Shown here: in pieces, positions 9,814-18,347 of the stretch
Numbering within the stretch: position 1 is the first letter of the stretch
Layout of the letters: every line of letters starts with the position of its first letter
Assembly: GCA_003345555.1 (NCBI GenBank)
Contig: PRDJ01000030.1
Location: 1 to 31,885, forward strand
Source of the DNA: Candidatus Thorarchaeota archaeon
GTDB lineage: Archaea; Asgardarchaeota; Thorarchaeia; Thorarchaeales; Thorarchaeaceae
DNA: 31,885 nucleotides
Direction: 5' to 3'
Notes under the pieces: generated by a model
The model's database searches: none
The model's input: only the letters and a program-made list of their open reading frames with translations
Told to the model about the DNA's origin: nothing
Position numbers and translations under genes: made by a program

Positions 9814-10603
9814 GTGCTGACATAACCCTTGCAGATCGGACAAAGAAGCTTAACTGGGTATTGATACTCTTCCGAACTCTTCTCAAGGCGAACTTGTTAA
9901 CATTCATTCGCAGTGGAATAACTGCCTCCATGAGCACCAGACACTCGGGTGCGGCGGGTCTTATGCCACCATGTATTGTGTTGCGTTTCTGAAGTATCTC
10001 AGGAACGGATTCCGGATCTAGTTCATTCTGACCCACGTATAGGAGCATAGAGACTATCTTTCGGACGAGCTTCCATAGAAAGCTTGTACCGAATATGTCC
10101 AACGCCAATATTCCCTTGGATTCACTCATGCAGGCATTCAGAAGTGTTGCCTTAGAAGAACGGTTCCCATCGCGCTTTGAGAGAAGTGTAAAGTCGTGCG
10201 TTCCTATGAGATGCTGTGCTGCAGCTATCATCGACTTTGAGTCAAGTGAGATATTGGACATATCTAGGTAGTATCTGTAGTGACGCATTAGAATGCTCTG
10301 ACGAGGCCTGAAACCCAATGGGGCCACAGCATGAGCCCAAAGTGCAGTGTCGTCTGGCAGATGCTTGTTTATCTGACTGATGTCCAAGGGTCTGTCTGTG
10401 GTTATCATTGCTATTTGGCCTATGCTGTGAACGCCTCCGTCAGTACGCCCGGATAGCTGAATCGAGGCAGGTGAGTGTGTCTCTCCGCTCCATTTCGTCA
10501 CGGCATCAATGAGCGTGCCCTGAACTGTCCTCAATCCCGGTTGCCATTGTGATCCGTGGTAATTGCTGCCCAGATAGAAAAGGCGAACCAAATAGCCAGT
10601 CAT
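9773..10603 (-). CDS. truA: tRNA pseudouridine(38-40) synthase
   Basis: YLGSNYHGSQWQP, catalytic GRTDGGVHS, GTHDF, FLWKLVRKIV. Overlaps the rfcL 3' end convergently by 41 nt. Confidence 0.92.
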   Translation of the reverse strand: MTGYLVRLFYLGSNYHGSQWQPGLRTVQGTLIDAVTKWSGETHSPASIQLSGRTDGGVHSIGQIAMITTDRPLDISQINKHLPDDTALWAHAVAPLGFRPRQSILMRHYRYYLDMSNISLDSKSMIAAAQHLIGTHDFTLLSKRDGNRSSKATLLNACMSESKGILALDIFGTSFLWKLVRKIVSMLLYVGQNELDPESVPEILQKRNTIHGGIRPAAPECLVLMEAVIPLRMNVNKFALRRVRKSINTQLSFFVRSARVMSALNDDLLSSLGVPY

Positions 10604-10618
10604 ATCGTTACGAACTTC

Positions 10619-10903
10619 CTACGATGACCAGAGGTCAAAGAGGTTCTTGAGAGACCTAGCTCTCAAATCCTCAACGCGGTACCGATAGATCTTGATTCGT
10701 CCGAAAGTCTTCTCTTCGACCAGTCCGGAATCAATGAGTACCTCGAGATGGGCCTTAGTAGAACTGTGATTAAGTGAGGCTCTCCTGCAGAGCTCGGATA
10801 TGTTCAGTTCTCCGGCAATAGCCAACTCCCTGAGAATCCTCACTCTTCCCTTTGAAGAGAACAGATCTTCTATGAGCACGCGTGAACCGGGCTCCCTTCT
10901 CAT
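10619..10903 (-). CDS. Small winged-helix (ArsR-like) DNA-binding protein
   Basis: 94 aa with the wHTH pattern RVRILRELAIAGELNISELCRRASLNHSSTKAHLEVLIDSGLV and wing KTFGRIKIY. Lies 9 nt downstream of cdc6 and 15 nt upstream of truA. Confidence 0.85.
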   Translation of the reverse strand: MRREPGSRVLIEDLFSSKGRVRILRELAIAGELNISELCRRASLNHSSTKAHLEVLIDSGLVEEKTFGRIKIYRYRVEDLRARSLKNLFDLWSS

Positions 10904-10912
10904 GTGTTGTTA

Positions 10913-12121
10913 TCAGCTCCCTTGTGTTGACTGGAGCAGGTCTAGAAGAAAACGTTCCAGCATGTCTGCAGGAACATCTGAAAGCCCCACGAGGGTGGTC
11001 TGCCCTCTCTGACCTGCCCCGGACCGTCTCGTATCAATCAGCCCGTGAGCATTCAAGTCTTGAACCCACTCCCACACCTGCGTGTGTGCCCGTGGTTCCA
11101 CTCCATACTCCTCACACACTGTCCGATACATCTCTTCCACTTCGCCAATTGTGGCGTAGGCACTTCGAATCTCCTTAAGAGATCTGCTTGCGGCTAACAG
11201 TAAGAGCTTGCTTTGAACTGGTAGTGCTGTGAAAACTTCCTTTCTCAGCTCAGGGTGTGTGTCGGCCTTTGCTTGTCGAGCATAGTCCGGAACCACAACC
11301 TTTGACTCATCACGATCTGCCTGTTTGCCGGCGCGCCATAATAGCTCAATTGCGTATCTAGCATCACCACGTTCGGAAGCAATATCAGATATCACTTGAA
11401 GAGTCTCATCCATTACGACGTTTGGTTGAAATGCCAGCACAACACGATCCTTCAGAATGTCACAAAGAGCTTCGGAGTCATATTTGTCAAACCGTAGAAT
11501 GTTACGCTGAAGAGTACTGAGTATGCTACGGTCGAACGAACTCTCATCAAGGGCAATGTCCCTGCCAACTCCAATAATCGAGATTCTCTGAGGTGCGTTT
11601 AATCTGTCATCGATTAGCCGCGTGAGATCGTACAGTATCTCTGCACCCCTCTGCTTGATAAAATAGTCCAGCTCGTCTAGAATCAACATGAGGTATCTAT
11701 CCTGCGAATCGATAACTTCCAGAACCATCTGCAGGATTTCTTCAGGAGAATGACCTCTGCGTGGAAATCCTGAATTGAACTCACGCAGTATCCGGAGGTA
11801 TACAAGATAGGTGCTCTTGTTCACACGGCAGTTTATGTGCAATTTGTGCAGACGGATGCCCCTTCTGCTTGCAGCCTGAACCATCTGCTCTGAGAATCGC
11901 TTAGCCACGGCGGTTTTTCCGCTGCCAACTGGGCCTTCAATTATGAACTTCTGACTAGTATGTCCGGGTGAAGTTATGAGTGTCTTGAAAGCTTGTGCTA
12001 GAGTCCTCAGTTCTGGTTCCCGATGAGGAAGGGTCTCAGGGACGTAGTCGGCAGATAGAAACTGTTCTGACTTGAATACGCTATGCCGGCTCAGTTCGTC
12101 CTCAACATAGTCCCGAGGCAT
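10913..12121 (-). CDS. cdc6: Orc1/Cdc6 family replication initiator
   Basis: LPHREPEL, Walker A GPVGSGKT, HINC, Walker B LILDELD, GDARYAIELL and a C-terminal winged helix. Confidence 0.95.
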   Translation of the reverse strand: MPRDYVEDELSRHSVFKSEQFLSADYVPETLPHREPELRTLAQAFKTLITSPGHTSQKFIIEGPVGSGKTAVAKRFSEQMVQAASRRGIRLHKLHINCRVNKSTYLVYLRILREFNSGFPRRGHSPEEILQMVLEVIDSQDRYLMLILDELDYFIKQRGAEILYDLTRLIDDRLNAPQRISIIGVGRDIALDESSFDRSILSTLQRNILRFDKYDSEALCDILKDRVVLAFQPNVVMDETLQVISDIASERGDARYAIELLWRAGKQADRDESKVVVPDYARQAKADTHPELRKEVFTALPVQSKLLLLAASRSLKEIRSAYATIGEVEEMYRTVCEEYGVEPRAHTQVWEWVQDLNAHGLIDTRRSGAGQRGQTTLVGLSDVPADMLERFLLDLLQSTQGS

Positions 12122-12151
12122 TGTGGTCTGAGTACATGTCCTGATGTGAGC

Positions 12152-12186
12152 TTAAAAGCATTCCGCGGATTGTACGATTAAAAGCA
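12152..12186 (-). promoter_or_regulatory. Tandem TATA-like boxes upstream of cdc6
   Basis: TTAAAAGCA occurs twice on the + strand (12152-12160 and 12178-12186), reading TGCTTTTAA on the coding strand. The proximal copy lies about 31-39 nt before the ATG. Confidence 0.5.
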
Positions 12187-12525
12187 CAGGAGTGGCAGAG
12201 GTTACCGAAACTATTAGTGGCGAGCTCTTCACTCAAGATCCAGATCATCGTCGGAACCCGACTCATCGGGGTCATGACAGTCATCACTCGCCAGGCTCCA
12301 ACATCAGTACATTCACCGTTTATTGTTTTCTGGACAGAGTTGGACACAGGAGTCTCTGTCCACCCAGAAACGGCACTGGGCTGCAACTCCGGGAGGCTTA
12401 GTTCGTGTGCCTTAACCTCAACAATCAGATTACTCTCCCAAGCTTACGTACTCCTACAATGCGATATCCAAGTCTGTCCATGTTTCCGGCAGCTGCCGCA
12501 TACCCTTAAGTCTGGCGACAAATAA

Positions 12526-12625
12526 TGGTGCGACCGCCGGGATTTGAAATCCCGCGGCTTTTGAAAACCGACTCGGGTTGGAAGCTTGGGAGGCTTCCGT
12601 CCTAACCAAACTAGACCACGGTCGC
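12526..12625 (-). tRNA. trnG: tRNA-Gly(CCC) with a 23-nt intron at position 53/54 and encoded CCA
   Basis: Acceptor GCGACCG/CGGTCGC, D stem GTCT/GGAC, anticodon stem GAAGC/GCTTC with loop CT-CCC-AA, T loop TTCAAAT after splicing, ACCA end. Mature length is 77 nt. Confidence 0.93.
12549..12571 (-). other. BHB-type tRNA intron in the T arm of tRNA-Gly
   Basis: Central 4-bp helix CCCG/CGGG, 3-nt bulges AG|T and AT|T, inner hairpin CGGTTT-tcaa-AAGCCG. Cutting after the 2nd nt of each bulge restores CCGAG-TTCAAAT-CCCGG. Confidence 0.88.
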
Positions 12626-12649
12626 TAAAAGGTTGGACCTGTGGGTCTT

Positions 12650-12657
12650 GATAAAAG
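12650..12657 (-). promoter_or_regulatory. TATA box of tRNA-Gly
   Basis: CTTTTATC on the coding strand 25-32 nt upstream of the mature tRNA 5' end. Confidence 0.55.
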
Positions 12658-12836
12658 AGTATCGGCGAATCTCACGCTCGCGTGACCGGAGGGTCATCAC
12701 GGTGGTGTGCATGAATGATTGGTTTCATTGAATTGTCCGACACTCCGCAGTCGCTCGATACTCTGACAAACCCTTGAATGACCCTACAGAAGTCTTATCT
12801 CTGTACCGGGTGAGTCCGACGTCGAGAGTCGCACAC

Positions 12837-13970
12837 ATGACTGCTCGAGGCTCTATAATACACTTCTGGCAAGGAAACCAAGCGTGCGCGGAAGCGGCTA
12901 TCGCAGCTGGTTGTCGTTTCTTTGCAGGTTACCCGATAACTCCAGCTTCGGAGATTGCTGAGATCATGGCAGAAAGGCTTCCGCAGATAGGAGGAATCTA
13001 TCTCCAGATGGAGGACGAGATCGGTGCCATCTCAGCAGTCATCGGAAGCTCCTGGGGCGGATTGCTGTCAATGACTGCAACCTCAGGACCGGGCTTTAGC
13101 TTGATGCAGGAGAACATCGGCTATGCAGTGATGACTGAAACACCCTGTGTCATCGTTGACGTTCAAAGGGCAGGACCAAGCACGGGACAAGCTACGAAAG
13201 CAGCCCAAGGAGACATGATGCAGGCTAGGTGGGGGTCTCATGGAGACTATGAAAGTATAGTACTAGCCCCTTACTCATCACAGGAGACGTACGAGCTGAC
13301 TTTGAGAGCTTTCTATCTCTCTGAACGGTTGAGGCATCCCGTTATAGTGTTGTCAGACGAAGTAGTAGCCCACTCACGTGAAAGGGCGATTGTGAAGGAT
13401 ACAGGTAATCCTGTAGTAGAAAGGAGACTTGCATCTGAGGGTGAGCCACCGTTCGGGGGGGTCGACGAAACGGGTAGAGCGATAATGCCAAGATTTGGAG
13501 ACGGCCACAACCTGCTCGTAACTGGCTCGACGCACGACGAACGCGGTTTGAGAAAAACGTCAGATCCGGAAGCTCATGATAAACTGATACGTAGGCTTAC
13601 AAGAAAGATTCTCGCCAATAGGAATCTCCTGACCGATACGCTGGTTTCAGGACCACCAGAAGCGGAGTGGGGAGTGATTTCCTTTGGATGTACTTCAAGG
13701 ACTGTTGAAGAAGTGATGATGGAGCAACGTGGCGCACCATCGCTTCGATCCCTGAGGCTAAGGACACTATGGCCTTTCCCAGACAAGGAAGTAAGGGCTT
13801 TTGCACGTACTGTAGAGAAATTGCTTGTGCCTGAATTGAACCTTGGACAGCTCGTTAGAGAGGTCTCTCGAGCTGCCGGAGACTCCGTTGAGGTATTGCC
13901 GCTGAACAAGATTGGCGGGGGATTGATGATAGAGCCGGACGAGTTGGTCAGAGCACTGACAGTAACCTGA
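12837..13970 (+). CDS. 2-oxoacid:ferredoxin oxidoreductase alpha subunit (KorA/VorA-like, short form)
   Basis: GNQACAEAAIAAGC, FAGYPITPASEIAE, QMEDEIGA, TATSGPGFSLMQE, VQRAGPSTG, LRTLWPFP, PELNLGQL. ATG 12837 is preferred over the 12774 start in the ORF track. Substrate specificity cannot be determined here. Confidence 0.9.
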   Translation: MTARGSIIHFWQGNQACAEAAIAAGCRFFAGYPITPASEIAEIMAERLPQIGGIYLQMEDEIGAISAVIGSSWGGLLSMTATSGPGFSLMQENIGYAVMTETPCVIVDVQRAGPSTGQATKAAQGDMMQARWGSHGDYESIVLAPYSSQETYELTLRAFYLSERLRHPVIVLSDEVVAHSRERAIVKDTGNPVVERRLASEGEPPFGGVDETGRAIMPRFGDGHNLLVTGSTHDERGLRKTSDPEAHDKLIRRLTRKILANRNLLTDTLVSGPPEAEWGVISFGCTSRTVEEVMMEQRGAPSLRSLRLRTLWPFPDKEVRAFARTVEKLLVPELNLGQLVREVSRAAGDSVEVLPLNKIGGGLMIEPDELVRALTVT

Positions 13971-16252
13971 CAAGTTACCTGATTGCAGCTGTCATCACTT
14001 GCACAGTACGTATGAGAGCGATCGGTGGAAACGGTGATCATGATACTTGTTCGCATCCAGACAAAAACCGATATCGATTCGTTGCTGGTACCAAGCCAAA
14101 TATGACTGATTTGAAAGATAAGCAAATGTGACCCCGGAGCAAGACAAAGAGGCAAAGGTACTGTCAACGGGTGATTGATTGTAGCATTGTTTGAGAAAAT
14201 CAGTAGCCCGGTGTCAACGAAAGACATGGAGACGGTAGCATTGCCTACTGCATTGCCGATATCGTCGATAGCAGTGATATTTAGAATGAGGCTCTCTCCG
14301 TAGAATGCTGAAATGACTGTGCTACCCGCATGCATTTCTCCAGTGATTATTATCTCGACTACAGCCTGTTCAACGAAGATATAGGACTCTGTGACAACCT
14401 CTATCAAGAGCAAGTGATGGCCGAGGCATACTTGAGAACCGATGCTCAGTCTGATTGCCCCATGTACACCGGCCACACCGGCCCATTCCGACATTATCTG
14501 TGCATAGCTGTCTCTGAATCTAATCTGGAGCGTTTGGTTCTCAGGGCCTTCGGATTCAATCAAGAAGTCGATTGTGACATTGCTGTTGCGCATAACGCAG
14601 TAAGTATCGTTAGAAGAGAGAAACAGTAATGGACACAGTACTGCAAACTGAACAGGGACTGTCAGTTGATGGAGAAATGAAGGACTGGCGCCATGAATGA
14701 ATAGGAAATATGTTTGGGTACCGATCTCGGCATCTCTCGGGACTGACCAGTATAGGAAGACTATTCCTTCAGAGTCGGTGCGATTGTAAGACGTTGATAT
14801 GTTGTCGGGAGTGAGAAGATTCACAATGACATTCGGTGCCGGTGTCCCATTAGGGTCTGTTATGTGGACAAGAATTCCGGCTTGTGCACCCAAGATGACC
14901 GGAGCAATGGATTGAATCAACAGACGGGGCGTGAAAGACACGTTGCCTGTAAGTGTATGTGCGAGAGAGTCATGGAACATGGTCCTGTTGATGTTCAATG
15001 ATATGATTGCTGTGCCCCAGACGCGTTCTGGCAAGTCCGCAGGAATGCAGAGATATCCAGAGGAGTTGGTGGTGACTTGGCATCTGACTAATGTGCGATT
15101 CTCAATGGAAAGGGTAAGGGTAGCAGGCAATGAGGGAATTATCATGCCGCTGAGACCGTCTGTCACTCTTACCTCGATTTGAATTGTAGAACCAGATACC
15201 ATCTCCGTAGGCACAGTGACGTTTACTAAGATGGGTCTCGGAAGGCATTCGATATTTGCATTTGCAGCCGCAGTCTGATATAGTCCGTTTGTTGCAGTCA
15301 AATTGACGCTATAGAAACCAGGTCCGACGGAGAATGGTACAATGGCGTTATAATGACCATTTCCAATACCTACCATAAAGCCGCTAGAAAACGGGGTTGA
15401 CCACTCAACGATGCTATTATCGATGGGCGAGAGAGACGAATTCAAGTGCTCTGCATTGATTTCAAGCGATTCGACTTGTCCATAGTATGGGAATTGGCAA
15501 TAGACACGGCTTGGAGCATTTAGTATTCTTAGCGTAGAATGACCTGGCTCAACGACAACAATCCGAGACTCAGAAAATGGCAAGAATGAAAGCGACCCAG
15601 GACTAGTAAGCGTTAGGTTGTATGTACCGGGAGGGCCCATGTCTTCTGTCCAGTTGACGTGAAGCTGCCCTAGTGAGTCTGTTAGCGCCTCTGTCTCAAG
15701 CACGGGCTGCAGAGTAGAGTCATGAACGGATATCGAAATCGGTTGATTTGAAAACGGGATGTCGTTGTTGTGCGCGCCTGTTATTCTCAGTACGAGGGCC
15801 GTGTCGATTCCGAACTGGACTGACAACGGGGTTAGTGGAAGAGTGACCAGAGGCCCTCTTTTCATATTCACATCTATCACTTGGCTTCCACTTTGACTAT
15901 ATCCGTCATAGATCTCGTAGTTGAAAACGACCTCTGCAGAGGATCCATTGATACCTGGTGAGGTCTCGTTAGGCACAATAACGTAAGAGGACGTGAGAAA
16001 GCGAATATCGGGGGATGACGAAATGAAGTATCCTTGGTTGAACACGGGGCCCAAGTCTGTCACAACCCCAAAGGAGACATAACACCATCCCCCCTCTCCA
16101 AAATCAGCAACGAGCTTGGCGACCATGTCTATTGATTCGCCAACCTCATAGACCATCTTGTCAGTCTCAAAGTAGTAGAGCTCAAAGTAGAAAGCCGAAA
16201 CAGGCGCTGACATGCACAGCGCTATGACTACCGAAAGTGACAACGTGGTCAT
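13574..16252 (-). CDS. Large secreted/surface protein with repeated Ig-like beta-sandwich modules; the last ~130 codons overlap the oxidoreductase gene antisense
   Basis: Signal-peptide-like N-terminus MTTLSLSVVIALCMSAPVSA, recurring T(D/N)SxG motifs (TDSLGQL, TNSSGYL, TDSEGIV) and many N-x-S/T sequons. The true 3' end is uncertain. Confidence 0.7.
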   Translation of the reverse strand: MTTLSLSVVIALCMSAPVSAFYFELYYFETDKMVYEVGESIDMVAKLVADFGEGGWCYVSFGVVTDLGPVFNQGYFISSSPDIRFLTSSYVIVPNETSPGINGSSAEVVFNYEIYDGYSQSGSQVIDVNMKRGPLVTLPLTPLSVQFGIDTALVLRITGAHNNDIPFSNQPISISVHDSTLQPVLETEALTDSLGQLHVNWTEDMGPPGTYNLTLTSPGSLSFLPFSESRIVVVEPGHSTLRILNAPSRVYCQFPYYGQVESLEINAEHLNSSLSPIDNSIVEWSTPFSSGFMVGIGNGHYNAIVPFSVGPGFYSVNLTATNGLYQTAAANANIECLPRPILVNVTVPTEMVSGSTIQIEVRVTDGLSGMIIPSLPATLTLSIENRTLVRCQVTTNSSGYLCIPADLPERVWGTAIISLNINRTMFHDSLAHTLTGNVSFTPRLLIQSIAPVILGAQAGILVHITDPNGTPAPNVIVNLLTPDNISTSYNRTDSEGIVFLYWSVPRDAEIGTQTYFLFIHGASPSFLHQLTVPVQFAVLCPLLFLSSNDTYCVMRNSNVTIDFLIESEGPENQTLQIRFRDSYAQIMSEWAGVAGVHGAIRLSIGSQVCLGHHLLLIEVVTESYIFVEQAVVEIIITGEMHAGSTVISAFYGESLILNITAIDDIGNAVGNATVSMSFVDTGLLIFSNNATINHPLTVPLPLCLAPGSHLLIFQISHIWLGTSNESISVFVWMRTSIMITVSTDRSHTYCASDDSCNQVTCQVTVSALTNSSGSIINPPPILFSGNTSTESPAARETSLTSCPRFNSGTSNFSTVRAKALTSLSGKGHSVLSLRDRSDGAPRCSIITSSTVLEVHPKEITPHSASGGPETSVSVRRFLLARIFLVSLRISLS

Positions 16253-16387
16253 TAGCTTAGCCAAAGTATCCACCAGAAAGGCGTGAGCATGATGCCTAAA
16301 AAAGGGCACAAGGTAATAGCGACAGGTTTAATTCAAGACCGTCGCTCCACGCTATGGAAAGCCAGACTGCCGGGAGCGTCAGAGTGC

Positions 16388-16753
16388 ATGGTGATTAAGC
16401 TGAAGGATGCTGTCATCGACCTGATTGATGACACTGAAACCAAGAGACTAAAGCTCGTAAGAATAACGTCCAAGACGGATGGCGCAACTCTGACTATTGA
16501 ACTTCCAGAAGCACTGTGTGAGAGGCTTAGCGTAAAAGATCGTGTTGATGTCAGTATAGATTCCAAACCCATTTCGAAGGGAGAAGAAGCCAAGCTGTAT
16601 GCCGAGGGTACGCTGTTACGTATGGTTGAAGGAAAGGCTCTGGAGATTATGGGATCTGTCGGGGGTCTAAGAGTAGAGCTTAAGATCACGAAGCCGACAC
16701 CCGCGCAGAGTAAGACATTTGCATCGAATGTGTTTTATCTCATGATTTTGTGA
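16388..16753 (+). CDS. rpo8: RNA polymerase subunit Rpo8 (RpoG, eukaryotic RPB8 homolog)
   Basis: 121-aa OB-fold-like pattern VRITSKTDGATLTIEL, LSVKDRVDVSI, LYAEGTL and GSVGGLRVEL (equivalent to RPB8 SFGGLL). ATG 16388 is preferred over 16283. Confidence 0.7.
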   Translation: MVIKLKDAVIDLIDDTETKRLKLVRITSKTDGATLTIELPEALCERLSVKDRVDVSIDSKPISKGEEAKLYAEGTLLRMVEGKALEIMGSVGGLRVELKITKPTPAQSKTFASNVFYLMIL

Positions 16754-16920
16754 TGGACTTGTTTGAGTGAGATGGTAGCTCGGACGAAGTAGTTTCGGGG
16801 TTCTCTCTTTCTGTATGGGCTGAATCCGGCTACCATATGGCCATGATTGTTCGATGAAATAGACAAGAGCTCTAAGCAATGAGATTGCGCACTTCTGGAA
16901 TCTAGTTATCTGTTGGAGCT

Positions 16921-17988
16921 TTGGCAATCTCGGTGTGGTCTTTGGTCAATGAGGTGGATGAGCCACTCATAACCTCTTCATGGTCCTGTCCAGACTGTTC
17001 AGGGCAGTTGGTGACCAGTCAAGGGCATATAGTCTGTACAGAGTGCGGACTTGTGGTTTCAAGAGAATATGTACATCCTACGTATCAAATGGGCGAAGAG
17101 CAACATGCAGATGCTCCTGATGCGGCATCGTATGTCTCGTTGGGAAACAGACTGCATATCGTGGATGGACTTGGCAGTTACATTGGTTATCATAAGGATA
17201 CGTACTTCCGAGACGCTCATGGGCAAACACTCTCTGGATATGCACAGAAGAAGTTCAAACGCTTAAAGCTTGTATACAGCGCCCGCATAAGAATCGGAAA
17301 AAGCGAAGCAAAGTATCGGGCACTTAGGACGCTGAATCATGTTTCGAAGTTGTTGATGTTAAGTGAACAAGTACGTGATCGCACAGCATATCTGTACAAG
17401 AAAGTAATCTCGGAAACTCCAGAGAAGGTTAACAACAATATCCTAGTGATGGCGGTATGCCTTTTGATGGCAGTACGCGAGTTCAAAGATGGAGCTCCGA
17501 TAACTCTGGAAGAGATTGCTGGTGTTTTCGAAAGGTGTGGCCATAGAGTGAATGTACGCGCGATGGTGCGCGAAGCAATGCGGCTCAAGTCTATCACCGG
17601 TCACTCTCCCGAACTCAGGCGACCCGAGGATTATGTCCCCAGAGTATTGTCTATGGTGATGAACAACCCGATAGCGATTAGTAAAATGAAATCTAGGGGA
17701 TGGGATTCCAGCGAGTATGAAAATGCCATGAGAGGTAAGATGCTTGCCATACTCGATATGATACCCGCTTCAAAGAGAGGTGGTCGGAATCCATTCATAT
17801 TTACAGTCTCAGTCGCTTATACTGGCGATAGATTGATAGCTGGTGAACATGGAAGACATTCCGTCCTAACTCAAAAGCTAGCCTCCAGAGCGACCAAAGT
17901 GGCCGAGTACAGTATTCGAGACCACTTTGGGGTGATAAAGAAGCTCTTAGAGAGTGTACCCAAAGCCGCCATCGAAAATTCGGAATAG
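16921..17988 (+). CDS. tfb: Divergent transcription initiation factor IIB (TFB) paralog
   Basis: Zn ribbon CPDC..CTECG, cyclin repeat 1 (RDRTAYLYKK..PITLEEIA), RPEDYVPR, repeat 2 (GRNP..TQK..VAEYSIRDHF). The exact start is uncertain. Confidence 0.82.
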   Translation: MAISVWSLVNEVDEPLITSSWSCPDCSGQLVTSQGHIVCTECGLVVSREYVHPTYQMGEEQHADAPDAASYVSLGNRLHIVDGLGSYIGYHKDTYFRDAHGQTLSGYAQKKFKRLKLVYSARIRIGKSEAKYRALRTLNHVSKLLMLSEQVRDRTAYLYKKVISETPEKVNNNILVMAVCLLMAVREFKDGAPITLEEIAGVFERCGHRVNVRAMVREAMRLKSITGHSPELRRPEDYVPRVLSMVMNNPIAISKMKSRGWDSSEYENAMRGKMLAILDMIPASKRGGRNPFIFTVSVAYTGDRLIAGEHGRHSVLTQKLASRATKVAEYSIRDHFGVIKKLLESVPKAAIENSE

Positions 17989-18083
17989 TTACTGATTGGC
18001 AGCAAGCGTTTCTCTCGTCCCGATTCCGAGAGTTTGCGGCAGCTGTTAGAAACTAGGACAGACTCGGGGATTGGACTATAGGA

Positions 18084-18347
18084 GTGTATAAACCTGCGCG
18101 TAGAATCGAACTCCAGAAGTTGGCGCGACTCGGACCTCGAATAGCTGCAGACCGATGCCGTTTCTGGGCGGATAGAGACTTCTGTGCCCAACTCATAACG
18201 GATGATTCGATTCTCTATTCAGACTGCACAGTTCTGTACTGCCTCCATAGGCATGATAGCGGCTGGTGGACCGACGCGACGAAGTACCTCAATCGGGGAG
18301 CGAGAAACAACGGTGCCGATATGACTGTCAACTGGAATGAGAAGTGA
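18084..18347 (+). CDS. Small Cys/His-containing hypothetical protein
   Basis: 87 aa with 4 Cys. Its stop overlaps the next start (GTGA at 18344-18347), suggesting translational coupling. No family recognised. Confidence 0.4.
   Translation: MYKPARRIELQKLARLGPRIAADRCRFWADRDFCAQLITDDSILYSDCTVLYCLHRHDSGWWTDATKYLNRGARNNGADMTVNWNEK

Noticed and set aside
12102-12525. Short ORFs in the cdc6-tRNA gap (12102-12386, 12192-12401, 12217-12525)
   Set aside because: They overlap one another, have no recognisable motifs, and conflict with the cdc6 promoter placement.
18344-18347. Selenocysteine readthrough of the TGA ending the 87-aa ORF (Sec is known in some Asgard lineages)
   Set aside because: The downstream ATPase is in a different frame with a standard GTGA overlap, and no selenoprotein motif or SECIS was recognised.
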